From Rhodoferax sp. (GTDB lineage: Bacteria; Pseudomonadota; Gammaproteobacteria; Burkholderiales; Burkholderiaceae_C): a DNA stretch of 64,000 nucleotides. The first letter of the stretch is position 1, and every line of letters begins with the position of its first letter. The stretch spans positions 1,423-65,422 of the forward strand of contig SHXM01000001.1 in NCBI GenBank assembly GCA_009693325.1. Direction: 5' to 3'. This document shows positions 41,501-50,485 of this stretch, in pieces. The notes under the pieces are model-generated. The model saw nothing but the letters and a program-made list of their open reading frames with translations. It did not search any database and was not told the origin of the DNA. Made by a program: the position numbers and the translations under genes.

Positions 41501-42337
41501 TCAAAAAGTCCCAATGCACCTGAATCCGATGTAGCCCACGCGCGTTTCCTTTGGCTTTGTTGCTATGTCATCAGCCAGTTGTCTGCTAGCGTTGTACCAC
41601 CATGAACCGCCGCGTGTGATGCGTTCATCGCCATTGCCAGAATCAACCCACTCCCACACATTACCGCCCATGTCGTAGAGTCCATTGACGCCAGGCCTGG
41701 TTTTCATCACAGGCACATGGCCCGTACCGCGCCAGAGGGAACCTGAGGGTGCCGTGCCTTGAGAACCGCTACAACCCTGGAGGCAGTGACTTTCGCCCGC
41801 GCTATCACCGTTGGGGTACGGGTAGCGTTTTCCTTTCATGAAACCTGCCGGTGGCTGCGTTCTTTGTTCCACATACGCAGCGGCCACCCACTCGCTGTCG
41901 CGCGGCAAGCGCTTTCCTTCATGCTGACAAATTTTTTGTGCTTCATCAAATGTCAAATGAACAGCAGGCTCACTGTCTTGCGCCACCACACCAAAGGGCC
42001 TGCGCCATGTCCATCCTTTTTTGGCGGTCCATCCTGCCTCGTAAATGAAGCCACCGTCCTCTTGTTCTGCGCGACTGACAAAGCCAGTGCTCTGTGCAAA
42101 TCGCTTGACTTGGCCCACACTGACCTCATGCGCATCCCAAAGCAAGCCATGCACTTGCAGTTGCGCTCCCAGCGGTGGGTCGGGGAGTATTTGTGCCTGC
42201 GGTTTTGCTTGAGTCTGCGCTGGGGCAGGTACCCACGAGAAAACACACAATATTGCGAACAAGCATCTCACTGCTGTCACATTACAACTTGCGTGCAACC
42301 CAAAGAGTAGCGCCTTGCGGGCCATATTGCTCCGCAT
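41501..42337 (-). CDS. Formylglycine-generating enzyme (SUMF1/FGE-sulfatase) domain protein, probably exported
   Basis: HEVS, PAVH, RLP...EW, NGLYDMGGNVWEW, RGGSW, IGFRC. True start probably downstream of 42337. Confidence 0.82.
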   Translation of the reverse strand: MRSNMARKALLFGLHASCNVTAVRCLFAILCVFSWVPAPAQTQAKPQAQILPDPPLGAQLQVHGLLWDAHEVSVGQVKRFAQSTGFVSRAEQEDGGFIYEAGWTAKKGWTWRRPFGVVAQDSEPAVHLTFDEAQKICQHEGKRLPRDSEWVAAAYVEQRTQPPAGFMKGKRYPYPNGDSAGESHCLQGCSGSQGTAPSGSLWRGTGHVPVMKTRPGVNGLYDMGGNVWEWVDSGNGDERITRGGSWWYNASRQLADDIATKPKETRVGYIGFRCIGTF

Positions 42338-42563
42338 GTTCTACACCACGGGCGAGAAAAAATCCTTGACCCGATTCAAATTTTTGGACCCCCGATGCAA
42401 GGCTTAATACAAGCTGCCCGGCACTAAGCTGGACTCTGGCATCGAAGGGATGGGTGTGCTTTTCAAGAACCAAGTCGCAAGCCCACTCCTTTTGGATGAT
42501 CTCATCAAAACCATCTTCCATGGCTTGGGCGGTGAATTCAATCAAAGTGGGCTGTGGTTTCAC
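42282..42563 (-). CDS. Small cupin-domain protein
   Basis: HTHPFDA ... HAEQYGP.GA cupin motifs. Confidence 0.75.
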   Translation of the reverse strand: MKPQPTLIEFTAQAMEDGFDEIIQKEWACDLVLEKHTHPFDARVQLSAGQLVLSLASGVQKFESGQGFFLARGVEHAEQYGPQGATLWVARKL

Positions 42564-42635
42564 CGTTGTCGAGTCCTGATGTTGGAGGGCTGTGTCTGCG
42601 GGGGCACATTTGCCCTAACTACTGCTTGCTAGATA

Positions 42636-43139
42636 TTACTTGGAAGCCCGCTTGACTTTGTGCGTTGCAATGGCCTGCTTGAGATCGCGGAACTCCTCAC
42701 AAGAAAAGAAGCAAACCTTGTCCAGACGGGCCAGCATTTGTTCTGCACCACCGAGGTCGTTCTTCATCAGCAAAAGTTCACCGTAGTACTCAAGCGCTCC
42801 TCTGTGAGCGGGGTCTATCTTTAGCGCGGCTTTGTAAAAGGTCTCGCTAGCCATGAGGTCTGGCGGATTCTTGAGCCGCATGGCATAGCCAATCAGATTG
42901 TTCCAGTCGGCAGAAGCGCTGTCGTTGGCTGTTTGCAGAACCTTGATAGCTAACTCATAGTTGGCGGACTTGAGCTCTTTTTTGGCCTCTGCCTGCCAGG
43001 ACGGTGCGGGCTCAGGTGAGGAGGTGTCAACTGCAAAAGCCGCAGGTGTGAAGGCTAAATGCCCAAAGCCAGCAGCTAAAAAAAGCACCAGGTACTTGAA
43101 CCAAGCTATTTCCCGGCGCATTTTTGCTCTATCAGCCAT
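42636..43139 (-). CDS. Exported tetratricopeptide repeat protein
   Basis: Signal peptide, AD.NNL.GY..R, Y..AL.IDP.HRGALEY.GE, C...CEE..DL. Confidence 0.8.
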   Translation of the reverse strand: MADRAKMRREIAWFKYLVLFLAAGFGHLAFTPAAFAVDTSSPEPAPSWQAEAKKELKSANYELAIKVLQTANDSASADWNNLIGYAMRLKNPPDLMASETFYKAALKIDPAHRGALEYYGELLLMKNDLGGAEQMLARLDKVCFFSCEEFRDLKQAIATHKVKRASK

Positions 43140-43153
43140 TGAGATCCATCACA

Positions 43154-44086
43154 TTATTCAACGGCCTGTATGCCGGCCACCAACCATCCGCTGTTGGATT
43201 TTTTGCCCAGTGACATGTTCCAAACTTCATTAAAGCCCTCAGCTTGGGCGCCCGCCTCTTCGCGGATCATTCCCGAGAATTTCACACTGGCCAAGTAGCC
43301 ATCTGCTGACTCCTCGATGCCCAAGAGCTTGGCATCTATGCTGACCACCTCTGTTTTGCCCATTTGGCCAACCGTGCTGGCGGCATCACGCTGGGCAATT
43401 TGTGCTTTGATTTCTAGCAGCATTGAATCTGTCATCATGGTGCGCAGGCTCGCTGTATCCGAGCGATCCCAGGCGTCTTGCATGGTCACAAAATTTTGCT
43501 TGGCCCTGGACAAAAATCCTTCAGCATCAAAGTCCGAAGGGATCGACCAGGTGGATTCATGGCTAGGCGCCAAACCCGAGCCGATCATGCTGCCCGAGGC
43601 GTCCGGAGCTGGGTTGGCAAGTGGCGTGAACTGGGCCGGCGCCTGTTGCACTGGGCTTGGCGTGCCGCCGGCACTTTGAAACGCAAAGGGGCTGGGATTT
43701 GCGTTGGCAGTATTGGCCGCTGCTCTGCGTCTCATGAAGTAGCCAATCGCCACCATGACCGCGAGCGCCAAAAGACCAAACATCATGAATTGCGCCAGTT
43801 CCTCGCCAAATCCCATGGAACTCGCCAACCATGCCAAACCGAGTCCAGCGGCAAGACCCCCAAGCATGGCGCCCCAAGGACGTTTCTGTGGTGCGGCAAC
43901 CCCGGGTGCTGCTGCAGGTGTCGCAGGAGCGGCGTTTGGCGCGGGCTTGACGCCTTGGCTTTGGGAGACGTTGTTTGACTGCTGGCCCACGGATTTTCCG
44001 GATCCCATGCGTTTTGCGGCCTCTGCGCTGAGACTGGAAAACCCTAGTATCGCGGCCAGAACAAGTGAAAGAAATTTAGCGTTCAT
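43154..44086 (-). CDS. Tim44-like domain protein
   Basis: AKRMGSGKSVG, GGLAAGLG, FD..GFL..AK..F..MQ.AWD, W.VAGIQ. Confidence 0.88.
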   Translation of the reverse strand: MNAKFLSLVLAAILGFSSLSAEAAKRMGSGKSVGQQSNNVSQSQGVKPAPNAAPATPAAAPGVAAPQKRPWGAMLGGLAAGLGLAWLASSMGFGEELAQFMMFGLLALAVMVAIGYFMRRRAAANTANANPSPFAFQSAGGTPSPVQQAPAQFTPLANPAPDASGSMIGSGLAPSHESTWSIPSDFDAEGFLSRAKQNFVTMQDAWDRSDTASLRTMMTDSMLLEIKAQIAQRDAASTVGQMGKTEVVSIDAKLLGIEESADGYLASVKFSGMIREEAGAQAEGFNEVWNMSLGKKSNSGWLVAGIQAVE

Positions 44087-44388
44087 TGAATACTCCAAAA
44101 TGAATCAGCAAAAGTGCATTGGCATTCATGCATCTAGATTCAGGCTGGCAGTCTAATACCCTTTGCTGGTATTTACCCATCATGCCCTCAGAGTCCATGC
44201 GGGAATTGATCCTTCTGAGGTCTGACGCATCATGGCTTGCACCGATGGTCTGGTGCCATTCCGTGGGCAAGGCCTTGTCCAGCATCTGACGTTCTTTGGA
44301 TAGGTTGCGGTAGTCGTCGCATGCAGCCTCGAGCGCTGCCGCTCAGCCCACCGCCACCTTGACCGGCGTACAAACCGCTGACCGAGTT

Positions 44389-45303
44389 TCAAAGGCGAAG
44401 GTTTTGCTGCATCGCCAGCACGCGATCAACATTGAGTTCAAGTTCGCGCATTTGATGGGCATCCAGTGGCCGCACACCAGCTCGGCACAGCGGTGTGGCG
44501 AACAGACCTTCGCGGTGGCGCAGGTGCTTGAAGAAGTGGATGCTGGTGTCGAGGTGCTGGTTGGAAAAGGCCAGCACCGGGGCCAGTTGCTCGTGCAGGG
44601 CGCGGGCCCCGGCTATGTCTCCGGCTTGAAAGCGGCGGTAGATCTCCACGTAAATTGCGTCCATGGCGGTGGGGATGAAGGCGTGCACGCCGCGGTGCAG
44701 CGCTTCGAGCATTTGCGCGGCAGCCCAGCCGCCGCTGATATGCAGTGCGCCCTGCGTGGCCTGCAGCACCGCCGAGTATTTGGGGCCGGGCAGCGCCACC
44801 TCGATCTTCAGGCACTGGAATGCCGGTAGCTGCTGGTGCAGCAGCAGAATGTCGGCCAGCGGCAGGCCTGGGCCGGCAAAATCCAGGTCCTGCACCATCA
44901 GCATGGGTGGACCAACCCGGGCCAGGGCGCTCATCTGGGCCACCAGGGCCTCACCATTCAGACCGGCGGGTGCCTGACACAGCATGACCGGTGCTCCGAA
45001 CTCTCGCGCCATGGCCGCCAGCGCCACCCGGTCGGCCTGCTCAGCGCTGCTGCAGCCGATGATGACCGGTATGCGGCCTGCCGTTTGTGCCAAAAAGGTC
45101 TGGGCCACCAGCCGCTTCTCAGCCAGTGTCAGGCTGGCGGTTTCGGCGGCTACCGCCAAGATCAGCATGCCGGCCACGCCGGCCTGCACCACGGCGTCCA
45201 CCGAGTGCCGGATGCCGGCCAGGTCCACCGTGCCGTCGTCCAGAAACGGCGTATTCATACTCGGCACAATGCCGCGCAGGAAGGCCGGGCCGGGCTGAGT
45301 CAT
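44389..45303 (-). CDS. DHDPS-fold enzyme resembling L-2-keto-3-deoxyarabinonate dehydratase
   Basis: TPF..DG.VD; AVAAE replaces GTTGE, MVQD replaces the catalytic Tyr segment; Schiff-base Lys in LKIE. Confidence 0.75.
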   Translation of the reverse strand: MTQPGPAFLRGIVPSMNTPFLDDGTVDLAGIRHSVDAVVQAGVAGMLILAVAAETASLTLAEKRLVAQTFLAQTAGRIPVIIGCSSAEQADRVALAAMAREFGAPVMLCQAPAGLNGEALVAQMSALARVGPPMLMVQDLDFAGPGLPLADILLLHQQLPAFQCLKIEVALPGPKYSAVLQATQGALHISGGWAAAQMLEALHRGVHAFIPTAMDAIYVEIYRRFQAGDIAGARALHEQLAPVLAFSNQHLDTSIHFFKHLRHREGLFATPLCRAGVRPLDAHQMRELELNVDRVLAMQQNLRL

Positions 45304-45315
45304 CTTAGGCTGGGT

Positions 45316-46617
45316 CTATTTGGGCACGCCGTAGCCCATGGTCTGCGGCAGCCACAGCACGATCTGCGGGAAAAAGGTCATGGCCAGCAGCAAGAGCAGC
45401 AGCATCACCAAAAACGGCCAGCCCTCCTTCATCATTTCGCCAATCGGGATGCCCGTGAGTGCCTTGGTCACAAACAGCAGCATGCCAAAGGGCGGGTGAA
45501 TCAGGCCGATCATCATGTTCAGCACCACCAGCACGCCAAAGTGCACCAGGTCAATGCCCAGCAGCTTGGCCGCCGGCAGCAGCATGGGCACAAACACCAG
45601 CAGCAGCACCGACACGTCCATAAAGCAGCCCAGCACCAGAAACATCACGTTCACCAGCAGCAAAAACTTGGTGGGCGACAGGTGCATGCTGTCGACCCAC
45701 TGGGCCATGGCCTGCGGCACGCCCTCTGCAGTGAACGCGTAGTTGAGCATGAAGGAGCCGGCCAGAATGATGGTGATCACAGCGCTGCCCCGGGTGGACT
45801 CCAGCACCACGCCCCAAAAGCTGCGCCAGGTCAGGGCCCGGAACACAAAGGCCGACAGCACCAGCGCGTGCAATGCGGCCACGGCGGCGGCTTCGGTCGG
45901 GGTGAACACGCCCGAATAGATGCCACCCAGCAACACAATGGGCATGGACAAGGGCAGGGCACCGCGCAAGATCAGGCCGGCCCATTCGCCGCGTGGCACC
46001 GGCTCGTCGCGCGGCATGTTGCGTTTGACCGCTATGAAATGCACCACGACCATCATCAGCCCGGCCATCAAAAAGCCCGGCACCACGCCACCCAAAAACA
46101 GCGCACCCACCGAGGCACCCGAGACCAGGGCGTAAATCACCATGGGAATCGAGGGCGGGATGATGGGGCCCAGCGTGGCGCTCGCCACCACCACCGCGCC
46201 AGCAAAGCCCCGGGTGTAGCCGGGTTTTTTGAGCATCTGGCGGATGGTCACCAAGCCCGGGCCGGCGGCGTCGGCAATGGCGCTGCCGCTCATGCCAGAG
46301 AAGATCACACTCACCAAAATATCGACCTGCGCCAGGCCGCCCCGCATGCGGCCAACCAAAATGCGGCAGAAATCAAAAATACGCTCGCTCACGGTGCCGG
46401 CGTTCATGATGTTGGCGGCAAACACAAACAGGGGCACCGCCAGCAGCACATAGCTGTTGTACAGGCCGTTGCCCACCTGCTCGGCTACCAGCCCGATGTC
46501 CTGCCGTTTGACCAGCAGGTAGGCCACGCCCGAGGCCAGCATCGAAAAGCCGATGGGCATGCGCAACAGCATGCCGGCCACCAGCACGCCGGCCAAAATC
46601 AAAATACCGGTGCTCAT
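45316..46617 (-). CDS. TRAP transporter large permease (DctM)
   Basis: LLAVPLF, GMSGSAIADAA, IIPPSIP, FTPTEAA, IHPPFG. Confidence 0.93.
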   Translation of the reverse strand: MSTGILILAGVLVAGMLLRMPIGFSMLASGVAYLLVKRQDIGLVAEQVGNGLYNSYVLLAVPLFVFAANIMNAGTVSERIFDFCRILVGRMRGGLAQVDILVSVIFSGMSGSAIADAAGPGLVTIRQMLKKPGYTRGFAGAVVVASATLGPIIPPSIPMVIYALVSGASVGALFLGGVVPGFLMAGLMMVVVHFIAVKRNMPRDEPVPRGEWAGLILRGALPLSMPIVLLGGIYSGVFTPTEAAAVAALHALVLSAFVFRALTWRSFWGVVLESTRGSAVITIILAGSFMLNYAFTAEGVPQAMAQWVDSMHLSPTKFLLLVNVMFLVLGCFMDVSVLLLVFVPMLLPAAKLLGIDLVHFGVLVVLNMMIGLIHPPFGMLLFVTKALTGIPIGEMMKEGWPFLVMLLLLLLAMTFFPQIVLWLPQTMGYGVPK

Positions 46618-47102
46618 GACAGGGTCAGCTCGGCGTCCAGCCCGTGGCCGTGCAAAGCTTGCCAGATGGCCCAGGCGCAGCGCAGCGTCAATGACACCAT
46701 GAGAAAGACAAAGGGCAAAAACACCCACATGAACGGCAGGTTGAGTACTGGCGTGCCCTCGCGCGCCATGAAATGCACATAGTCCCAGGTGCCCGGCACG
46801 CTCGCCAGTGCCAGGCCGCCCACCAGCAGGTTGCCAGCGATGCGCATCAGCTTGCGCAGCGGGCGGCCCACGCTGTTCCAGACCAGGTCAAACATCACAT
46901 GCTCACGCTCGGGCACGATGAAGGCTGCCGCCCACAGAATCACCCAGATGTACAGGATGACGGCGGCCTCATCGGTCCAGGCCATGGGTTTGTTGAAGCC
47001 AAATCGGGCCGTGATCTGGATCACGAACACCACAAACAGCGTGAGAAACAGGCCGCCGCCAATGGCGTTGGCGGCGGCCTTGAGCCAGCGAAACAGGTTC
47101 AC
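46614..47102 (-). CDS. TRAP transporter small permease (DctQ)
   Basis: Four TM helices, WTDEAA...IW, EHV.FD; lies between dctP and dctM. Confidence 0.9.
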   Translation of the reverse strand: MNLFRWLKAAANAIGGGLFLTLFVVFVIQITARFGFNKPMAWTDEAAVILYIWVILWAAAFIVPEREHVMFDLVWNSVGRPLRKLMRIAGNLLVGGLALASVPGTWDYVHFMAREGTPVLNLPFMWVFLPFVFLMVSLTLRCAWAIWQALHGHGLDAELTLS

Positions 47103-48103
47103 TTGACGGCGTTGATGCGCTCAACCAGGCCCTTGGGCCAGACCTTGGCGTACTCCGAGTTCTGGTAGGCCGCTTGCACGGTTTTGCGGAAGGATTCCAC
47201 ATCAGGCGTGCTGACTTGCAGGCCCTCTTTCTTGAAAAAATCGACCAGTTGGGCCTCTTCCTTGATGCGGTTGTCGTTGTTGAAGGCAATGGCAGCCTGG
47301 GTGGCGGCGTTGACTTTTTGCTTTTGCGCGGCGCTCATGGTGTTGTAGCTCTTGCTGGAGATGGCAATAAAGATGCCGTCAGTCAGGTGGCTGGTCAGCA
47401 CGATTTGCTTGGTCACTTCGTAGAACTTGGCAGCCCGCACCGAGGGCAGGGGGTTGTCCTGCCCGTCCACGGTGCCGGTTTTGAGGCCAAGGTAGACCTC
47501 GCCAAAAGCCAGTGGGGTGGGTGTGGCGCCCAGGGCTTCGCCCAGGAACAGCCATTCTTTGGAGCCGGGCATGCGCAGCTTGACGCCTTTGAGATCTGCC
47601 GGGGTTTTGACATTGCGCACTTCCCGCAAATTGACCTGGCGGCTGCCCAGGTAGCCAATGCCCAGAACCTGCACATCCATTTTTTCGGCTACGGCTTTGT
47701 ACATTTCGGCGCCGATCGGGCCGTTGAACACCTTTTGCTGGTGGTCAGGGTCACGGATCAGGTAGCCGGCGGTAAAAATTGAGTATTCAGGGAGGATTTT
47801 GGCGATGTCTTGGGCTGAAATAGCGGCCAGCTCCAGGTTGCCGCGGGCCATGGCGGCCGGCTCGGTGCCCTGTTTGAACAGCGAGCCGTTCAGGTTGATC
47901 TGCACATCAAATTCGCCAGGGGCGCTTTTATCAAGCGACTCTTTGAAGACGGTCCACATCTTGCCGTGCCAGTCTTCGGGCACGGCCGGGGTGGAGATGC
48001 GCAGCACCACCTTGTTTTGCGCCAGGGCGGGCAGGGTGGCCGTTGCGCCCAGCGCCATGGTGGCGCTAAGCAGGGTGCGGCGTGTGAGTTGTTGGGTTGT
48101 CAT
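47099..48103 (-). CDS. TRAP transporter substrate-binding protein (DctP)
   Basis: RR-type signal, DLKGVKLRMP, EVYLGLKTGTVDGQDNP, KFYEV. Confidence 0.93.
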   Translation of the reverse strand: MTTQQLTRRTLLSATMALGATATLPALAQNKVVLRISTPAVPEDWHGKMWTVFKESLDKSAPGEFDVQINLNGSLFKQGTEPAAMARGNLELAAISAQDIAKILPEYSIFTAGYLIRDPDHQQKVFNGPIGAEMYKAVAEKMDVQVLGIGYLGSRQVNLREVRNVKTPADLKGVKLRMPGSKEWLFLGEALGATPTPLAFGEVYLGLKTGTVDGQDNPLPSVRAAKFYEVTKQIVLTSHLTDGIFIAISSKSYNTMSAAQKQKVNAATQAAIAFNNDNRIKEEAQLVDFFKKEGLQVSTPDVESFRKTVQAAYQNSEYAKVWPKGLVERINAVK

Positions 48104-48138
48104 GGGGTTGTCTCCTGTGGGTTAAGGGGGTTTTTGGT

Positions 48139-49053
48139 TTAAACGTGGGCAAGCAGTGCGCCTATCGCACGATACCCTTGTCTGACGGATTGCACCTCGG
48201 TGTTATCCAGAGGACTGAGCGGGGCGCGCATGGTCAGCCAGCGGTCGTCGCCGGTCTGTTCGGCCAACATGGCCTTGTATACGCCGACAAACGGCATGCC
48301 GGGTTTGACCGACAGCAAGGCCAGCAGGGCGCTCATGAGTTGTGTGTCCGCAGCGCTGACCTGTGCTGGTGCGTCAATCACACGGCGCATCAGGCCAGGG
48401 GCAATATTGCCCAGGCCGTTGATGGAGCCGCAGCCGCCTGCCAGCATCACCGGCGCCACATGGGGCTCTGAGCCCACCAACACGGCAAAGCCGGGAAAGG
48501 CCTGCACCAATGCCAGGGCGTGGGCCAGATCGCCACCGCTGTCCTTGACACCGGCCACCTGGGCGGGGTGCCGGCGCCGCAGCTCGGCAATGGCCGCATG
48601 CGAAAAGCTGTAGGTGCTTATGCCTGGAAAGTGGTACAGCAGCACCTTGATGGCGTCACTGCCGATGCCCTCAATGACTTGCGTGACGGCGTCGACCACA
48701 CCGGCATCGCGTGGCTGGTTGTAATAAAACGGCGGCATGAACAACTGGCGATGCACGCCCAGCCGGGTGGCGTGCCGCCCCAGCGTGATGGCATCACCCA
48801 GCGCCGAGGCGGTGGTGGTGACCACCACCTGGTCCGGGCGGATGCTGCTGCCCAGCATGGACTCCAGCAGGGCTTGCCGCTCGGCGGTGGTGAAGGCCGG
48901 GCCCTCGCCCGTGGTGCCAAACAGGGTGACGCCGTCGCAGCCAGCGGCCAGCATTCGATGGGCGTGGGCGATGGCCAGGGGAGTGTCGAGCTCGCCCTTG
49001 GGTGACACTGGCAAGAGCAGGGCGGGCCAGAGGCCGTGGATGGCAGTGTTCAA
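48139..49053 (-). CDS. DHDPS/aldolase family protein
   Basis: GTTGEG, PPFYY, LYHFP, GVKDSGGD. TTG start at 49053 with GAGGAG RBS. Confidence 0.88.
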   Translation of the reverse strand: MNTAIHGLWPALLLPVSPKGELDTPLAIAHAHRMLAAGCDGVTLFGTTGEGPAFTTAERQALLESMLGSSIRPDQVVVTTTASALGDAITLGRHATRLGVHRQLFMPPFYYNQPRDAGVVDAVTQVIEGIGSDAIKVLLYHFPGISTYSFSHAAIAELRRRHPAQVAGVKDSGGDLAHALALVQAFPGFAVLVGSEPHVAPVMLAGGCGSINGLGNIAPGLMRRVIDAPAQVSAADTQLMSALLALLSVKPGMPFVGVYKAMLAEQTGDDRWLTMRAPLSPLDNTEVQSVRQGYRAIGALLAHV

Positions 49054-49063
49054 AGGGCGCTCC

Positions 49064-49786
49064 TCAAGGGTTGGGGGTGTTGATGACCCGACTACGGGCA
49101 CTGTTGATGTGGGCGTCGAGCAGCGCTGCCGCCTGCGCGGCATTGCGCTCGCGCAGGGCGGCGATGAAGCTGAGGTGTTCCTGCATCGCCGGAATCAGGA
49201 TGGCCGGCGTGATGACGCTTTGCTCCAGTTTGATCAGGCGCACGCGCAGGCTGTTGACGCGGTAGATGTCAGACACGATCTCATTGCCCAGCGCGTCCAC
49301 CATGCGGTCGTGCAAGCCCCAGTCCAGCGCCTGGGCGTCGTCCAGCAACTGGGCGTCGGTGGTGCTGGCCTTGTTGGCGCGCGCCAGGATCTGCTGGTGC
49401 GCCGCCTCAATGGCGGCCAGCTCCGCATCGCTGGCGCTTTGGACGAAAGCCAGAACCGCCTCGCGCTCGATCATGCTGTGCACCTGAAACGCGTTGCGGA
49501 TGAGTTTGAGGTCCACATGGGCGATCTGCAAGCCTCGTTGCGGTACGGTTTTGATCAAGCCGCCGGCTTCGAGTCGCGGAATCATTTCGCGCACCGCGCC
49601 CAAAGGCATGTCCAGCAGAGTCATCAACTCGCGTTGCGAGATGAACTGGCCCGGCAAAATGGCGCCGCTGACAATCTGCTGGGTGAAGCCCTGGTAAGCA
49701 CGTACCCGTTGGCTGACCGCATCTGGCCTGCCAACGGCCGCGCCATCGCGCGATACATTTTTTGAAGCTGCAAACCCTTGTCTCAT
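49064..49786 (-). CDS. GntR/FadR family transcriptional regulator (FCD domain)
   Basis: wHTH (LPGQF.SQREL...VRE...RLE..GL....PQRG) and C-terminal FCD with EH..I..AL. Confidence 0.9.
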   Translation of the reverse strand: MRQGFAASKNVSRDGAAVGRPDAVSQRVRAYQGFTQQIVSGAILPGQFISQRELMTLLDMPLGAVREMIPRLEAGGLIKTVPQRGLQIAHVDLKLIRNAFQVHSMIEREAVLAFVQSASDAELAAIEAAHQQILARANKASTTDAQLLDDAQALDWGLHDRMVDALGNEIVSDIYRVNSLRVRLIKLEQSVITPAILIPAMQEHLSFIAALRERNAAQAAALLDAHINSARSRVINTPNP

Positions 49787-50208
49787 AAGGCTAGAACGCC
49801 TTTTTTAAGCAGAATGTTGCCGTAGATGCGGCCCTCGCCCGTGGCCACCACCGCAAAGGCTTGTGCAGCGCGCTCATAAAAGGCAAAGCGCTCCAGCGAG
49901 CCGGCCTCTGGATGGCCATGCTGGCATAGCAAGGCATTGAACTCGGCCACAGCCGGCGGCACACGGTCGGCATCGCCCACCACCTGCATGGTCAGCGCGG
50001 CGTGCGTCACAAAACTGTCCAGTGGCAACACCGACAGCACGGCGTCGAGCACCGCTGGCGCCGACAGGCCAGGCAGGCGGACCAGACGTTTGGCATGGGT
50101 GGCAGCCGGGAAATTGGCATCGGCCAACACGATCTCGTCGCCATGGCCCATCGATGCCAGGATGTGCAGCAATTCGGGCGACAGCAGAGGGGAAATGCCT
50201 TTGAGCAT
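49783..50208 (-). CDS. RbsD/FucU family sugar mutarotase
   Basis: MLKGISPLLSPELL..L..MGHGDEIVLADANFP, ERFAFY, TGE...YGN. Confidence 0.92.
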   Translation of the reverse strand: MLKGISPLLSPELLHILASMGHGDEIVLADANFPAATHAKRLVRLPGLSAPAVLDAVLSVLPLDSFVTHAALTMQVVGDADRVPPAVAEFNALLCQHGHPEAGSLERFAFYERAAQAFAVVATGEGRIYGNILLKKGVLAL

Positions 50209-50245
50209 GGCTTGGGCGAAGATCAGCGCGATTGATGTTTTCTGA

Positions 50246-50257
50246 CTAACATGTTAG
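50246..50257. promoter_or_regulatory. Perfect palindrome CTAACATGTTAG, candidate GntR/FadR operator
   Basis: 12-bp perfect palindrome about 40 bp upstream of the first gene of the mutarotase-gntR-TRAP operon. Confidence 0.55.
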
Positions 50258-50485
50258 CAATGGTAGCATGGGACTTTGCCCTTGCTGCCGCTCCTGCTTA
50301 GGGCCGGTCAAACAATCACTTGCACATTTGTCTCGCCATCTTGGGGCGCTTGCCGTCGTTGTGCATCTCTGATTTGGCTTGGCCACATGACGCTCCTCTC
50401 GCCTGGCACCGCATCCCGAATCCGAAGGCTGCAGGCGCAACTTGGTATTTGACGAACCCTCAGGCGCCGCCAACAGCGGATTGTG

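Noticed and set aside
44836-46782. Long antisense ORFs (648 aa here; also 8506-9936, 18535-19962, 26444-27796)
   Set aside because: Shadows of real genes in high-GC DNA, with no motifs and biased composition
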